Assembly (NCBI GenBank): GCA_963804955.1
Contig: CAWDSQ010000016.1
Location: forward strand, 125,285 to 189,284
Length of the DNA: 64,000 bases
Direction of reading: 5' to 3'
Source of the DNA: an uncultured delta proteobacterium
GTDB taxonomy: Bacteria > Desulfobacterota > WTBG01 > CAIYCZ01 > CAIRTM01
Numbering within the stretch: the first letter of the stretch is position 1; each line of letters starts with the position of its first letter. The notes under the pieces were generated by a model, which was given only the letters and a program-made list of their open reading frames with translations, did no database searches and had not been told where the DNA came from. A program made the translations under genes and the position numbers. Positions 43,290-53,443 of this stretch are shown here, piece by piece.

Positions 43290-44500
43290 TTACGGCAGCA
43301 TTTTATCCGGCCGACGAAGCTTTTCCGGCAGATAGGTTTCAAGCACGTAGTTGAGGCCGCGGGCGGCAAAGGCCTGCTGCTCAACGCGCACGCCCATTTT
43401 CACCATGTCCTGCAGCGCATGAATCCAGGGCTTGTTGTCCTTGAAGAACGGATCATTCTTGATGGCGTCCTGAGCGCGCTTTTTGTCCTTGTCTTCAAGG
43501 GGGTGCGTGGGCAGGCTGTAGTCGCGGATGTCCTGCGGCGTCACGCCGATAAGCTTGGCATGGGGCACGCAGAAAAATTCGCTGATGTGAGCGGCATTGC
43601 CCGAGCCCACCTTCATGGTGCGGTAGATATTGCAGTAGCCGTAGGGGTCGCCGTCGGTGAACACATACACGGGCAGCTTGCAGGCATCGGCCAGCAGGCG
43701 CACGAAGCGCCGGTTTGCCCGCGTGGGCACGCCTCCCATGGCAGTGATGATGCATTTGCCGTCGCGCCAGTAGGCATGGCCGTTTAAGCGCTCAAAAAGG
43801 GCCGCGGTTTCAACCGCCAGCACGAATTTGGCCTTGGTGCGGAACTCAAGGCCTTCGACGCGGGAGGGAATTGAGTAGCTGCCGCGGCCGAAGGCCGTGC
43901 AGTCGATCTCGATGCGTCTGCCCGTTGACGGGTCGATATCGATGACGATCAGCTCGCCTGCCACCGACCCGTTCTGCTCGGCAGGGATAAAGCCGAGCTG
44001 CTCGCGGTTGACGCCGACCATGGCCTCCATGTCGTCCATGATGGCATCCGACTCATCCTGCTCCTTGAACGCTGCCGGGCCCCAGCCCGCATTGCCCGGC
44101 TCGCTGCCGCGCTTGGCCGAGCCCTTGGCCGTGTAGTAGACCTCTCTTTTTGAGGCAAAGTCGTCGGTCTCGATCAGGTTTTTTGAAAATGCCATCATGC
44201 GCACGGTCTGGGCAAAGGGCTTGACGGTCTGATAGGAGAGCGTGCGCTTGCTCACCTTGTCGCCGATGGTGAAGAAATCCCTTGCGCGGGGAGAAGGTCA
44301 CATTTGACAGGCCGCGGATCGGCACGCGCAGCGACGGCCTGCGGCCGTTTTTGATATCGTTGTAAATATCCTCCTGCCTGCCCGATAAGCTCCTTCATGG
44401 CAGGCGAGCGAGAAAGATCAAGTGCGGTCGAGCGCTTTTTTGCTGCCTTTTTTCAGGTTTCTTTTTCGGCAGCTGGTTTTGCTGTTGTCTTTTTTGCCAT
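43290..44500 (-). CDS. top6A: DNA topoisomerase VI subunit A (frameshifted N-terminus)
   Basis: SKREVYY catalytic Tyr, QDESD, TOPRIM VET, GGVPTR, DGDPYG, EQQAF; RBS AGGAG before 44500. Confidence 0.92.
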
Positions 44501-44516
44501 TACACTCCTGATTTCT

Positions 44517-44612
44517 AATTCGTTTCGTAAGAATCCGTTAGGAACAGGTCGTAAGACCGTCCCTACATATTGCACCGCATAGCCGTAAACTAAGTCGGAT
44601 TTAACGCGAATT
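44517..44612. repeat. REP-containing palindromic insertion between top6B and top6A
   Basis: GTAG-type REP (minus strand TGTAGGGACGGTC-TTAC-GACCTGTTCCT) flanked by imperfect IR AATTCG..AATCCG / CGGATT..CGAATT. Confidence 0.55.
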
Positions 44613-44649
44613 TGTGGTGATCGAAGGCGGGTTAGCACTCGCTTCATAT

Positions 44650-46284
44650 TCATTCTCTATGCCTCTCAAGTAACCCCGTGAGCGTCTCCACAACCTTCTG
44701 CTCTTCTTTCTCCGACAGGCCCAGTATTTCCCGCAGGCCGATGCCGATATGGGGCAGATAGGTCGAGATATAATCCTGCTTGCGCTGGGCATCAACCTCG
44801 TTTGCGGCGGTGCGAAAGAAAGAGCTTCAGCTTGCGGCCGCATTCCTGCAGGGCCTTGATGATTTCATCCTCTATTTCCGGATAGGCCGCTATGGCTTCC
44901 TTCGACTCGCTGGTGAACGGCACCCAGACCGATGCCATATGCACGACGATGGTCAGCGGCCCCACTGGCAGAGCGCCGCGGGGCTGCGTGAGGCCGTAGT
45001 TGCGCCAGTTGGTCTGCACCACCGACTGATACGAGCAGCAGGCGCCCTGCTGGTACAGCAGCGGCACGCGGTTGGCGATGCGCAGCACGCGCGCCGGGCC
45101 GTCAGCCTCCTGGCCCTGGCCGCCGATAGGCAAGGGCTGCCTCGATGATGAAGGGATTGCCGCGGTACACCGCAGGCGGCCGCGTGGTGGAGGCATAAAA
45201 ATCAGCAGGCACCACAGACCCGAGGCCCCGCACCAGCTGCTCTTCGCCGATCGGGGCCACGCAGTTGGTGGGCGGGTTCATGATCTTTGTTTTGCGTAAT
45301 GCCATCCATCAGCTTTACAAGCTCTGCATGGCCGATGCGCGAAACCGAGGCGCTGGATTTAAGCCCTGCTGCTGCGCAAATATCATCAGCCACCTTTTTT
45401 GATACGCGCGAAAATTCATGCTGCAAAAAACCGGCGAGATTGCGCGCCCGGGTGTCCTTGAGCATGGCCTGCATGACCCCCAGCTCGACGCCGAGCGGGT
45501 GGGGCTTGATCTCCTGCGTGTGCGCGGGCGGCTCCTGGGTGGAGCGCTCATAGATGATGGTTGCGCCACCGGGCTCAAGATAGGTAATCAGCACATGGGG
45601 GTTTGCGATGGCGGTCTGCCGCAGGTATTCATCAACCGACTGGCGGCCCTGCATGTGCTTGCCTTCAAGCTCGATGGCAACCTTTGTGCCGTGGTCAGCA
45701 TCCCACTCGATTTCCGTGTCGCTGACGATTTCGGGCTTGTTCTTCTTGGTGTCGATCTGGAGCCGGAAGTGGTGGGCCGGCTTGCCCTTGCCCGTGCGGC
45801 TGATGATCTCGACGGGCTTGCCCGTGGTCAGCATGCCGTACATGCCTGCAGCGCTGATGCCGATGCCCTGCTGGCCGCGGCTCATCTTGAGGCGGTGAAA
45901 TTTGGAGCCGTAGAGCAGCTTGCCGAAAATGTTGGGAATCTGCTTCTTCATGATGCCCGGGCCATTGTCCTGCACGCTTATGATATAGCGGTCCTTGCCG
46001 AGGTTTTTCACCTCAACGATGATGGCCGGCAGTATGCCCGCCTCTTCGCAGGCATCAAGGGAATTGTCGACCGCCTCTTTGATGGCCGTGAGCAGGGCTT
46101 TGCGGGGGCTGTCAAAGCCCAGCAAATGACGGTTCTTGGCGAAAAACTCAGAGACGGAAATCTCGCGCTGCTGCGCTGCCATGGATTCAGCGGTTGCATG
46201 CGCATGCTTGCGCTGCCGCGGCTTGCGCACTGCGGCGGCTGTTTCATCTTCCCGGTGCTTTATTGCCTGTGCTTTGTTTGCCAT
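44650..46284 (-). CDS. top6B: DNA topoisomerase VI subunit B (frameshifted)
   Basis: [72 protein letters not shown]. Confidence 0.95.
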
Positions 46285-46545
46285 GGGCCCTGTCTTTCAG
46301 AGGATTCCAAAAAAGGATTTACCGGATTTGACCGGTATTGTGCATAAACTGATAAAGGAATATAAAAAAATAAAAGGGGCTTGTCAAAGTATTATGGCGG
46401 GATTGCTATGGAATAAAAAATTTTTCCGTGGCGGGCAGGCACAAAACTTCAAGGAACCGGTACTGTGCGGGCAGACTCCTTAACAAATCAATCCCGCCTT
46501 TATGCCGCGAAAAAGCAGGGGGCGTTTACCTTTTTTCTCTATCCC

Positions 46546-46707
46546 TTACCCCACCTTCTCGAACTGGTCTTTGCCTGCGCCGCAGATGGGGCAGACCCAA
46601 GAGTCGGGGAGGTCTTCAAAGGCCGTGCCCGGTGCAATGCCATTATCCGGGTCGCCTTTTTCCGGGTCGTACTCATAGCCACAAATAATGCATGTCCATT
46701 TCTGCAT
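46546..46707 (-). CDS. Rubredoxin (53 aa, below the ORF-track cutoff)
   Basis: [62 protein letters not shown]. Confidence 0.96.
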   Translation of the reverse strand: MQKWTCIICGYEYDPEKGDPDNGIAPGTAFEDLPDSWVCPICGAGKDQFEKVG

Positions 46708-46753
46708 CGCTATATCCTCCTTATAAAAAACCTGCCCGGCGGGCCGGTCCAGA

Positions 46754-49474
46754 TCATGCTCTGCTGTACCGTGATGCGAATCTTTTATCCACAGTTACTA
46801 CAACCATTGCCGCAAGGCATGCCCCGGCAATTTGCCCCCAGTGCGCAAAAGAAATCGGCGAGGTATGAAAGAGCCGGTTCATCAGCGGCAGATAGGTAAA
46901 GCCCAGCTGCAACAGAATCATAACGCACGAGCCGCCAAGTATCCAGGGGTTGGAAAAAAAATTCATTTTAAATATTGACCGGGTCAGCGACCTGCACTGA
47001 AACAGGTAGCACAGCTCGATCATCACGAACACATTGACCGCTATCGTGCGCGCGACTGCTATATCGCTGCCCTGCCGGAGCGCACTATTATACAGGGTAA
47101 ACGCTCCCGCCATCATCACCACGCTCACCAGCACGATGCGCTGAAGCAGCATCCGGGTGAGAATGGGGGCCTGCGGATTGCGGGGAGGCCGGTCCATCAG
47201 GCCGGCCTCCTTGGGCTCAAAGGCCAGCATCATGCCGAGCAGCACCGCCGTGGTCATGTTGATCCAGAGTATCTGCAGCGGCAGTATCGGCAGGCTCACG
47301 CCGGCAAACACCGCCGCGAGAATGATCAGGCCCTCGCCCATATTCGTGGGCAGGGTCCAGGTTATAAACTTGGTCAGGTTGTCGAATACGCCCCGGCCTT
47401 CCTCCACGGCAGCCTCGATAGTGGCGAAATTATCATCCGTGAGCAGCATGTCCGATGCCTCTTTTGCAACCTCGGTGCCGGTTATGCCCATGGCAATGCC
47501 GATATCGGCCTGCTTGAGCGCCGGAGCATCGTTGACGCCGTCGCCGGTCATGGCAACCACATGGCTGCGCGCCTGCAGCGCCTCAACGAGGCGCAGCTTC
47601 TGCTCAGGCGCAACCCGGGCAAACACCATGGTTTTTTCGACGGTATTGATGAGGTCCTCATCGGAAATCAGGCTCAACTCCTGGCCGGTCACGACCGGGA
47701 CAATCTCCGTGCCGCCGCGATAGGTTTGCTGCAGATTAAGCTCGCGCGCTATGGCATCTGCGGTTTTGGCATGGTCGCCTGTAATCATCTTGACCATGAT
47801 GCCTGCGCGCGCACAGGCGCCGATTGCCTCGCGGGCTTCGGGCCGCGGCGGATCGATCATTGCCTGCAGCCCGATAAAAGTCAAGCCGTGGGGTACGCCC
47901 GTATCGTCAAACCGCTTGCTGCCGGCCGGCAGGCTGCCCCGGGCAAAGGCAAGCACGCGCAGGCCGCGGGCTGCCAGGCTGTCTGCCTGCCGAACCAGGG
48001 CTTCGGTATTCAGGGGCTCTGACTCCCCCCGACCGTCCATCTGGCTGCTGCATTTCTCCAAAATCCGCTCCAGTGCGCCTTTCGCGTACAGCACCGGCTC
48101 CTGCCCCGCCCCCTGTTCATACAGGGTTGCCATATACTGCCGGGCCGATTCAAAAGGAATAACATCGATGCGATGCAGGCGGGCGTGAAGCTCCTGCTCG
48201 GAAAAACCGCCCTTACCTGCCGAAACATGCAGCGCCCCTTCCGTCGGGTCGCCCTGAACCACCCACTGCCCTTCGGCCTGCGCCAGCTGCGAGTCATTGC
48301 ACAGAGTTCCTGCAACAAGACACTCCTTGAGCGGGACGGAGCTGCCGCCTTCCAGCGGCTGTCCGTTCTCTTGCGCAATCTTTCCTTCAGGGGCATAGCC
48401 TGTGCCGCTTACAGCATAGGTTTCGCCGCCCGCATATACCGCCGTTACCGTCATCTGGTTCTGCGTAAGCGTGCCGGTTTTATCCGAACAAATGACCGTT
48501 GTGCTCCCGAGCGTTTCAACCGCCGGCAGCCGCCGAATAATGGCCCGCCGGCGGGCCATGGTGCGCACGCCCAGGGCAAGCGTTATGGTGACCGCAGCAG
48601 GAAGCCCCTCTGGTATCGCGCCCACGGCCAGGGCCACGGATGCCATAAACATGTCAAAAACGCTTTGCCCCTGCACAAGGCCGACCAAAAAAGTTACACC
48701 GGCAAGGCCGAGAATTATAAAGAGAAGCACTTTGCTGAACTGGGCGATCCGGCGCGTCAGCGGCGTCATCAGTTCGGCAGCGCTGGAAATAAGCTGTGAA
48801 ATGCGCCCCGTTTCCGTGGCGTCGCCGATGGCCACAATAACGCCCGATGCCTGGCCGTAGGTCACAAGCGATCCGCCATAGGCCATGTTCTTGCGGTCGG
48901 CCAGCACCGTATCTTCGGCCATTACCGCGCCTGATTTCTCAACCGGCACGGATTCGCCGGTCAGGGCCGATTCGTCGATCTGCAAATCGCGGACGGAAAA
49001 AAGGCGCAGGTCCGCCGGCACCTTGTCGCCCGACTGCAAAAAAACCACATCACCGGGCACAAGCTCTGCTGAAGGAATCCGCAGCTTTTTGCCCTCGCGA
49101 ATAACCGTGGCCTCGGTGGTGACCATGCGCTTGAGCGATTCTATGGCCTCTTCAGCCTTGGCTTCCTGAAGAAACCCGACAATGGCATTGACGATAACCA
49201 CGCCCAGGATAACGCCCGCATCGACCCACTCCTGCAGAGCTGCTGTTATCAGGCCGGCTCCCAGCAGAATATACACAAGCGGCTGATTGAACTGCAGCAG
49301 AAACCGGACAAAGGGGCTCTGCGGCTTCTTGGCGGTAATGCTGTTGGGCCCGAACTCTTTCTGCCGATGGCCAACATCAAACAGCGACAAACCGTGAGCC
49401 CGGCTGGTTTCATAAATTTTCTCAACTTCATCAAAAGGCATGTGATGGCAATGCCCGTATATGGTGCTACTCAT
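46754..49474 (-). CDS. Cation-transporting P-type ATPase (type II)
   Basis: [48 protein letters not shown]. Confidence 0.95.
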   Translation of the reverse strand: MSSTIYGHCHHMPFDEVEKIYETSRAHGLSLFDVGHRQKEFGPNSITAKKPQSPFVRFLLQFNQPLVYILLGAGLITAALQEWVDAGVILGVVIVNAIVGFLQEAKAEEAIESLKRMVTTEATVIREGKKLRIPSAELVPGDVVFLQSGDKVPADLRLFSVRDLQIDESALTGESVPVEKSGAVMAEDTVLADRKNMAYGGSLVTYGQASGVIVAIGDATETGRISQLISSAAELMTPLTRRIAQFSKVLLFIILGLAGVTFLVGLVQGQSVFDMFMASVALAVGAIPEGLPAAVTITLALGVRTMARRRAIIRRLPAVETLGSTTVICSDKTGTLTQNQMTVTAVYAGGETYAVSGTGYAPEGKIAQENGQPLEGGSSVPLKECLVAGTLCNDSQLAQAEGQWVVQGDPTEGALHVSAGKGGFSEQELHARLHRIDVIPFESARQYMATLYEQGAGQEPVLYAKGALERILEKCSSQMDGRGESEPLNTEALVRQADSLAARGLRVLAFARGSLPAGSKRFDDTGVPHGLTFIGLQAMIDPPRPEAREAIGACARAGIMVKMITGDHAKTADAIARELNLQQTYRGGTEIVPVVTGQELSLISDEDLINTVEKTMVFARVAPEQKLRLVEALQARSHVVAMTGDGVNDAPALKQADIGIAMGITGTEVAKEASDMLLTDDNFATIEAAVEEGRGVFDNLTKFITWTLPTNMGEGLIILAAVFAGVSLPILPLQILWINMTTAVLLGMMLAFEPKEAGLMDRPPRNPQAPILTRMLLQRIVLVSVVMMAGAFTLYNSALRQGSDIAVARTIAVNVFVMIELCYLFQCRSLTRSIFKMNFFSNPWILGGSCVMILLQLGFTYLPLMNRLFHTSPISFAHWGQIAGACLAAMVVVTVDKRFASRYSRA

Positions 49475-49622
49475 AGTATACCTCCCTGTAAAGATACCGG
49501 GCGTTTTAATCATGCAAAGGGCAGTGTTTTCCGCGACGTACAGTATAGTAACTATAGCATATGCTCAAGCCGCATTCATCCGGCAATGATCGCGGCCGGC
49601 GAAAGCCCTGATGCGCGAACCG

Positions 49623-49748
49623 CTACTGCTTGCTGCTGTCCTGGTCTTTGCCCGCGGTTTTTCGGCTGGCAATGGCGATCCAGACAAAAACCCCGAAAAC
49701 TAAGCCGACAAGCACATACGCTATGATATCCTGTAAACTTATATTCAT
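49623..49748 (-). CDS. 41-aa single-pass membrane peptide (unannotated)
   Basis: GGAGG RBS; MNISLQDIIAYVLVGLVFGVFVWIAIASRKTAGKDQDSSKQ. Confidence 0.7.
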   Translation of the reverse strand: MNISLQDIIAYVLVGLVFGVFVWIAIASRKTAGKDQDSSKQ

Positions 49749-49926
49749 GACAGCCTCCATTGATTGAGTGTTGTAAAAATCAAACCACGACTATTGAATC
49801 GGTTCTTGTTCCTTGTTGGGAACCCGCACAGCCGGGAGCTGTTCCCGCCTGTGCGTTTGAATCCCCGGCCAGCTAAACTTCCCTTATTCTTTGCTCGTGC
49901 ATGTTCGGGCGGCTGTTCAGACAAAT

Positions 49927-50016
49927 AAAAAAGCCGCTGCCCGAAAGAAAGCCTTTCAGATAGCGGCCCGACTATCATTTTCCTCTATAAATTAATTTCT
50001 TAATTTATAGACCCGT
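49927..50016 (-). ncRNA. Na+-I (DUF1646)-like riboswitch with overlapping terminator, copy 1
   Basis: GGGUCU-hairpin-AGGAAAAU-GAUAGUCGGGCCGC followed by GCCGCUAUCUGAAAG..CUUUCGGGCAGCGGC-UUUUUU; class assigned from recalled consensus. Confidence 0.7.
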
Positions 50017-50032
50017 TTCCGTATTTTTTATC

Positions 50033-50061
50033 GCTATAGCCGCTCAGCGGCGGGTTGTCAA
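50033..50061 (-). promoter_or_regulatory. sigma70 promoter of riboswitch copy 1
   Basis: TTGACA-17bp-TATAGC. Confidence 0.65.
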
Positions 50062-50183
50062 TACCGTCTCACAGCAAACCGCGCGCCGAGCCGCAGGTTC
50101 TGCGAAAAAAAGCTTTTTAATTCATGATTAATCCCATCACCCCTCCTGGCAGACGGTTTTCTGATAATGGTAGCTGTGGGCAT

Positions 50184-50657
50184 TTAAGATTCACTGAATT
50201 CGGAACCGTTTCCGCCGGGAAGCGTGTTTTGCTTCCAGATAAATATGCTGATATTATCAGAATCAAACCTTACTTCGGCTGAAATGCGATCTGGTGATAC
50301 CTGCGGGACAAAACTGTTGTCTGCTGCAAGCGAATGGTCTTCATGATCATGCTCAGAAACAATGTTCCTGGTTTCTTTGTCGCCATGGGGGGGAAAACCC
50401 AAAAACACGCCTGGAATGTTTCGGCTTTTTTTTGTCTCTGCATCGCTTATAATCTTATAATATGAAATGTGCGCTTCTGTGTGCTCCAGCTTGTCCTTTT
50501 TGAGTGAAACAAAACTTTTCATATTCATGCTGTGGTTCATCAACGTATCGTTTTCCCGTGAAACCTTCTGAAAGAAAACCGCACCTATTCTTTCCCGGCA
50601 ACAGACAACCAGAAAAAACAGCATGAGTATCATGATTACCTTCGGGGCTAAGCGCAT
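50184..50657 (-). CDS. Hypothetical exported or membrane-anchored protein
   Basis: Hydrophobic N-terminus ending VVCC, His-rich EHDHEDH; first gene after riboswitch copy 2. Confidence 0.55.
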   Translation of the reverse strand: MRLAPKVIMILMLFFLVVCCRERIGAVFFQKVSRENDTLMNHSMNMKSFVSLKKDKLEHTEAHISYYKIISDAETKKSRNIPGVFLGFPPHGDKETRNIVSEHDHEDHSLAADNSFVPQVSPDRISAEVRFDSDNISIFIWKQNTLPGGNGSEFSES

Positions 50658-50810
50658 ATAATGCTCCCTCATATAGCCGGTTGAGTGGCGGTGCCGCCTT
50701 GCTGCCCAGGCTTTACCCTGTTGCCGGCTCACGGAAGTATTGCTCTCTTACAAAAGCTGTGTTCTTTTCGGCAGGATCCGGCATGAAAAATTCCCTGCTC
50801 TGATAAGCGC

Positions 50811-50901
50811 AAAAAAGCCGCTGCCTGAAAAATAGCTTTCAGATAGCGGCCCGACTATCACATCCCTCTATAAAATTAATTTCTTAATTTCATAGACCCG
50901 T
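50811..50901 (-). ncRNA. Na+-I (DUF1646)-like riboswitch with terminator, copy 2
   Basis: Near-duplicate of 49927-50016 with the same GAUAGUCGGGCCGC core. Confidence 0.7.
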
Positions 50902-50917
50902 TTCCATATTTTTCTAT

Positions 50918-50946
50918 ACTATAACTACTAGCCGGAGATTTGTCAA
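50918..50946 (-). promoter_or_regulatory. sigma70 promoter of riboswitch copy 2
   Basis: TTGACA-17bp-TATAGT. Confidence 0.7.
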
Positions 50947-51095
50947 TACATGCCGGCAAGCGCGCCGTCTATGGCCATGGCTATTTTCAGGAAATACCGC
51001 TGTGCTTTCGGCGGTTATCACGATGCGCCGTATGGACAGCAGCATGCTCCGCAGTCTGCTGATGCTTACAATAGAGCCTGTGATATTTTTAAAAA

Positions 51096-53087
51096 CTAGA
51101 GCGCCTTCACCTCTATCGTGCCTTTACATTCACCAAGGGTCACCTCAACATCGCCCGGCTCCAGGGCAAGGGGTTTTACAAAAACAATGGCGATGACAAC
51201 TTTTTTGCCGACTTTCAGCTTAAAAAGATGTTTGATGGCTTCGCTGTCCCAAACGGGCTTATCTGCTCTGACAAACTCCGTATCATCCTCGCCGATCAGA
51301 ACAAACCCCTTAATCGGCTCAAGCAGGCTCAGCAGTTTATGCAGCTTTTTCGGGATCACCTTCAGCGTGCAGGTTTCATTATCAGTGCCGTTATCAGCAG
51401 GAGTTACCTGGTTGCGCGGATTACCGGTTGTATTGTCGATAGTGTAGAGCTCTTTGCCGGCAGCCCCGTTATATTCGCATACCATAACCCTATAAATGGT
51501 TTCCGGCGTCAGGCCCGTCACCGTCGCACCGGTGCCTGTGCCGCTGTAGATGCTGTACCACCCGGTTGAGCCGATCTGGGAGCCTGCGCCGAACGCTGCG
51601 TCTGCTGCGTAGGTGGCATTGTCAGCGGGGCTGGCTGTGCCATTGTCGGCTTGCTTCATGAACACCGCGCACCGTTCTCCGTTGCCCCGGGTCCAGGAAA
51701 TATCCATCTGCTCCTGCTGCACATTTGAAAACACGATATCGCTCGCCTGCGTTGCCGGCGGCAGGAGTAGTTTGGCCAAAAAAACATCGTCGGTGCCGCT
51801 GTAGGCCCGAACGGGATCACCCCAGGCTGCATCGCTTTGGCCGGCAGCAAACACGTTGCCATTGTTGTGCAAGGCGATGCCGTATGGGTAGTCCGTGCCG
51901 CTGCCGCCGAAAAAGGTGTTCCAGGAAAGAGCACCGTTAGGGGCAAGCCTTGCAATAAAAGCGTCCTGCCCTGCTATATGCGGCCATGCGGGTGTTCCCC
52001 AGGTGGCCCCGCTGCTTCCCGCAACAAAAACATTGCCGGAAGGGTCAACGGCTATGGCATCACCTTCATCATACTCGCTGGTGCCAACAAAGGTATGCCA
52101 GGCAAGAGCGCCGCCTGCGTCAACCTTTGCCACGAAGGCATCATCGCCTCCGGCATAGGGCAGCACCGGCGTTTCGCTCCAGGGGCCGCCCGAGTAGCCG
52201 GTCACATACGAATTGCCGCCGCTGTCTGCGGCTATGCCGTAGCCCTCTTCATAGCTTGTGCCGCCCAAAAACGTGTTCCAGATAAAAGTGCCGTTATCGG
52301 CAATTTTTACCACGAACGTGTCTTCATCGCCCGCATACGCCCGCACCGGGCTGCCCCATGTGCCGGTACTGAATCCCGACACATGCAGCCTGCCACTGCC
52401 GTCGCGGGCCAGATCATAGCCCCAGTCAGTCCCGCTGCCGCCCAGAAACGTGTGCCAGAGGCGGTTGCCGCTGCTGTCAAGCTTAGCCACGAAACCATCA
52501 CTGCCGCCGGTGTATGCACGAAGGGGCGTTCCCCAGGTGCCCTTGCTGGTCCCTGCAACATAGACATTGCCGCTGCCGTCCACCGCGATGCCGTAGCCGT
52601 AATCATCCTCTGTTCCGCCCATAAACGTATTCCAGAGAAGGTTACCGCTGCCGTCAAGCTTGGCCACAAAAGCGTCGAGCGCGCCAGCCCAGGGTTGCAC
52701 CGGCCCGGCCCACGTTGTCGAGCTGTTTCCCACGACGTAGACATTGCCGCTGCCGTCCACGGTAATCTTGCGGGATTCATCGCCGAAAAAATCGCCAAGG
52801 AAGGTGTTCCAGACCAGCGTGCCATTGTCGGCAATTTTAGCCACAAAAGCATCGCTTGCCCCGTTATATATCCGCACAGGGCTACCCCAGGTGGCGTTGC
52901 TGATACCTGCTACATGCGCATAGCCGCTGTCGTCTACGGCCACCCCGTAGCTCCGGTCGCCGCTGCTTTGGCCGAGGAATGTATTCCAGGCAAGTGCTGC
53001 CGCGCCTGCGCTGCAATGGGTGCTGAAAAGGAAGAGCAAGGTAAAAAAAACAGCGCTGGTACCCGCACAATATCGTTTGCTGTTCAT
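51096..53087 (-). CDS. Secreted SBBP beta-propeller repeat protein with an FN3-like module and a basic C-terminal domain
   Basis: Signal peptide; seven WNTF.GG...D.GY.IAVD.SGNVYV.G repeats. Confidence 0.85.
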   Translation of the reverse strand: MNSKRYCAGTSAVFFTLLFLFSTHCSAGAAALAWNTFLGQSSGDRSYGVAVDDSGYAHVAGISNATWGSPVRIYNGASDAFVAKIADNGTLVWNTFLGDFFGDESRKITVDGSGNVYVVGNSSTTWAGPVQPWAGALDAFVAKLDGSGNLLWNTFMGGTEDDYGYGIAVDGSGNVYVAGTSKGTWGTPLRAYTGGSDGFVAKLDSSGNRLWHTFLGGSGTDWGYDLARDGSGRLHVSGFSTGTWGSPVRAYAGDEDTFVVKIADNGTFIWNTFLGGTSYEEGYGIAADSGGNSYVTGYSGGPWSETPVLPYAGGDDAFVAKVDAGGALAWHTFVGTSEYDEGDAIAVDPSGNVFVAGSSGATWGTPAWPHIAGQDAFIARLAPNGALSWNTFFGGSGTDYPYGIALHNNGNVFAAGQSDAAWGDPVRAYSGTDDVFLAKLLLPPATQASDIVFSNVQQEQMDISWTRGNGERCAVFMKQADNGTASPADNATYAADAAFGAGSQIGSTGWYSIYSGTGTGATVTGLTPETIYRVMVCEYNGAAGKELYTIDNTTGNPRNQVTPADNGTDNETCTLKVIPKKLHKLLSLLEPIKGFVLIGEDDTEFVRADKPVWDSEAIKHLFKLKVGKKVVIAIVFVKPLALEPGDVEVTLGECKGTIEVKAL

Positions 53088-53382
53088 GGCTGTTCCCCTT
53101 TCTTAGAATCTATTTCACAAAAAGTTGAGCGGCACGAGGCATGCTTTTTCCCCTGCGTACCGGTGTTTACTTGCCTCCCACCATCGGAGCAATTGTGTTA
53201 AGCACCCTGCGCGCAACTGCCCGAAGTGACGGGCTGCTCTCAAGGGCGGCATTGCTGCTGTCGGCATTCCTGTAATAAATTTGAACCGCCAAGCGGCCAA
53301 CCGCGCGCCGAGCCGCGGGTTCTGCGAAAAAATTTAAAAACCATTTCGACTCCCTCGTCGGGCCAGACAATTAAAGAAGGTT

Positions 53383-53435
53383 CCGGGGGTCAAATCGTTA
53401 TAGTGACAATGCACAAATAACGATTTGACCCCCGG
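53383..53435. repeat. 19-bp perfect inverted repeat (REP or terminator) after the FG-GAP gene
   Basis: CCGGGGGTCAAATCGTTAT..ATAACGATTTGACCCCCGG. Confidence 0.7.
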
Positions 53436-53443
53436 TTTTTAAC

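Noticed and set aside
44453..44653. 66-aa ORF between top6B and top6A
   Set aside because: It is read-through across a REP insertion into the frameshifted top6A start, which has its own RBS at 44500
49790..49885. c-di-AMP (ydaO)-like words (TGAATC, GGGAACC, CAGCTAA) next to riboswitch copy 1
   Set aside because: They lie on the plus strand, opposite to the transcript, and the full architecture is not evident; the hairpins there remain unexplained
49963..50016. c-di-GMP-I (GEMM) assignment for the GAUAGUCGGGCC elements
   Set aside because: The 5' GNRA-capped stem and the GCAAA/GGAAAGC junction are missing, and the promoter leaves no room for them
2830..53201. Long antisense ORFs in the track (e.g. 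2830-3732, 21218-22030, 23239-24177, 45418-46347, 51837-53201)
   Set aside because: They are shadows of well-supported genes on the opposite strand in GC-rich DNA and show no recognisable motifs
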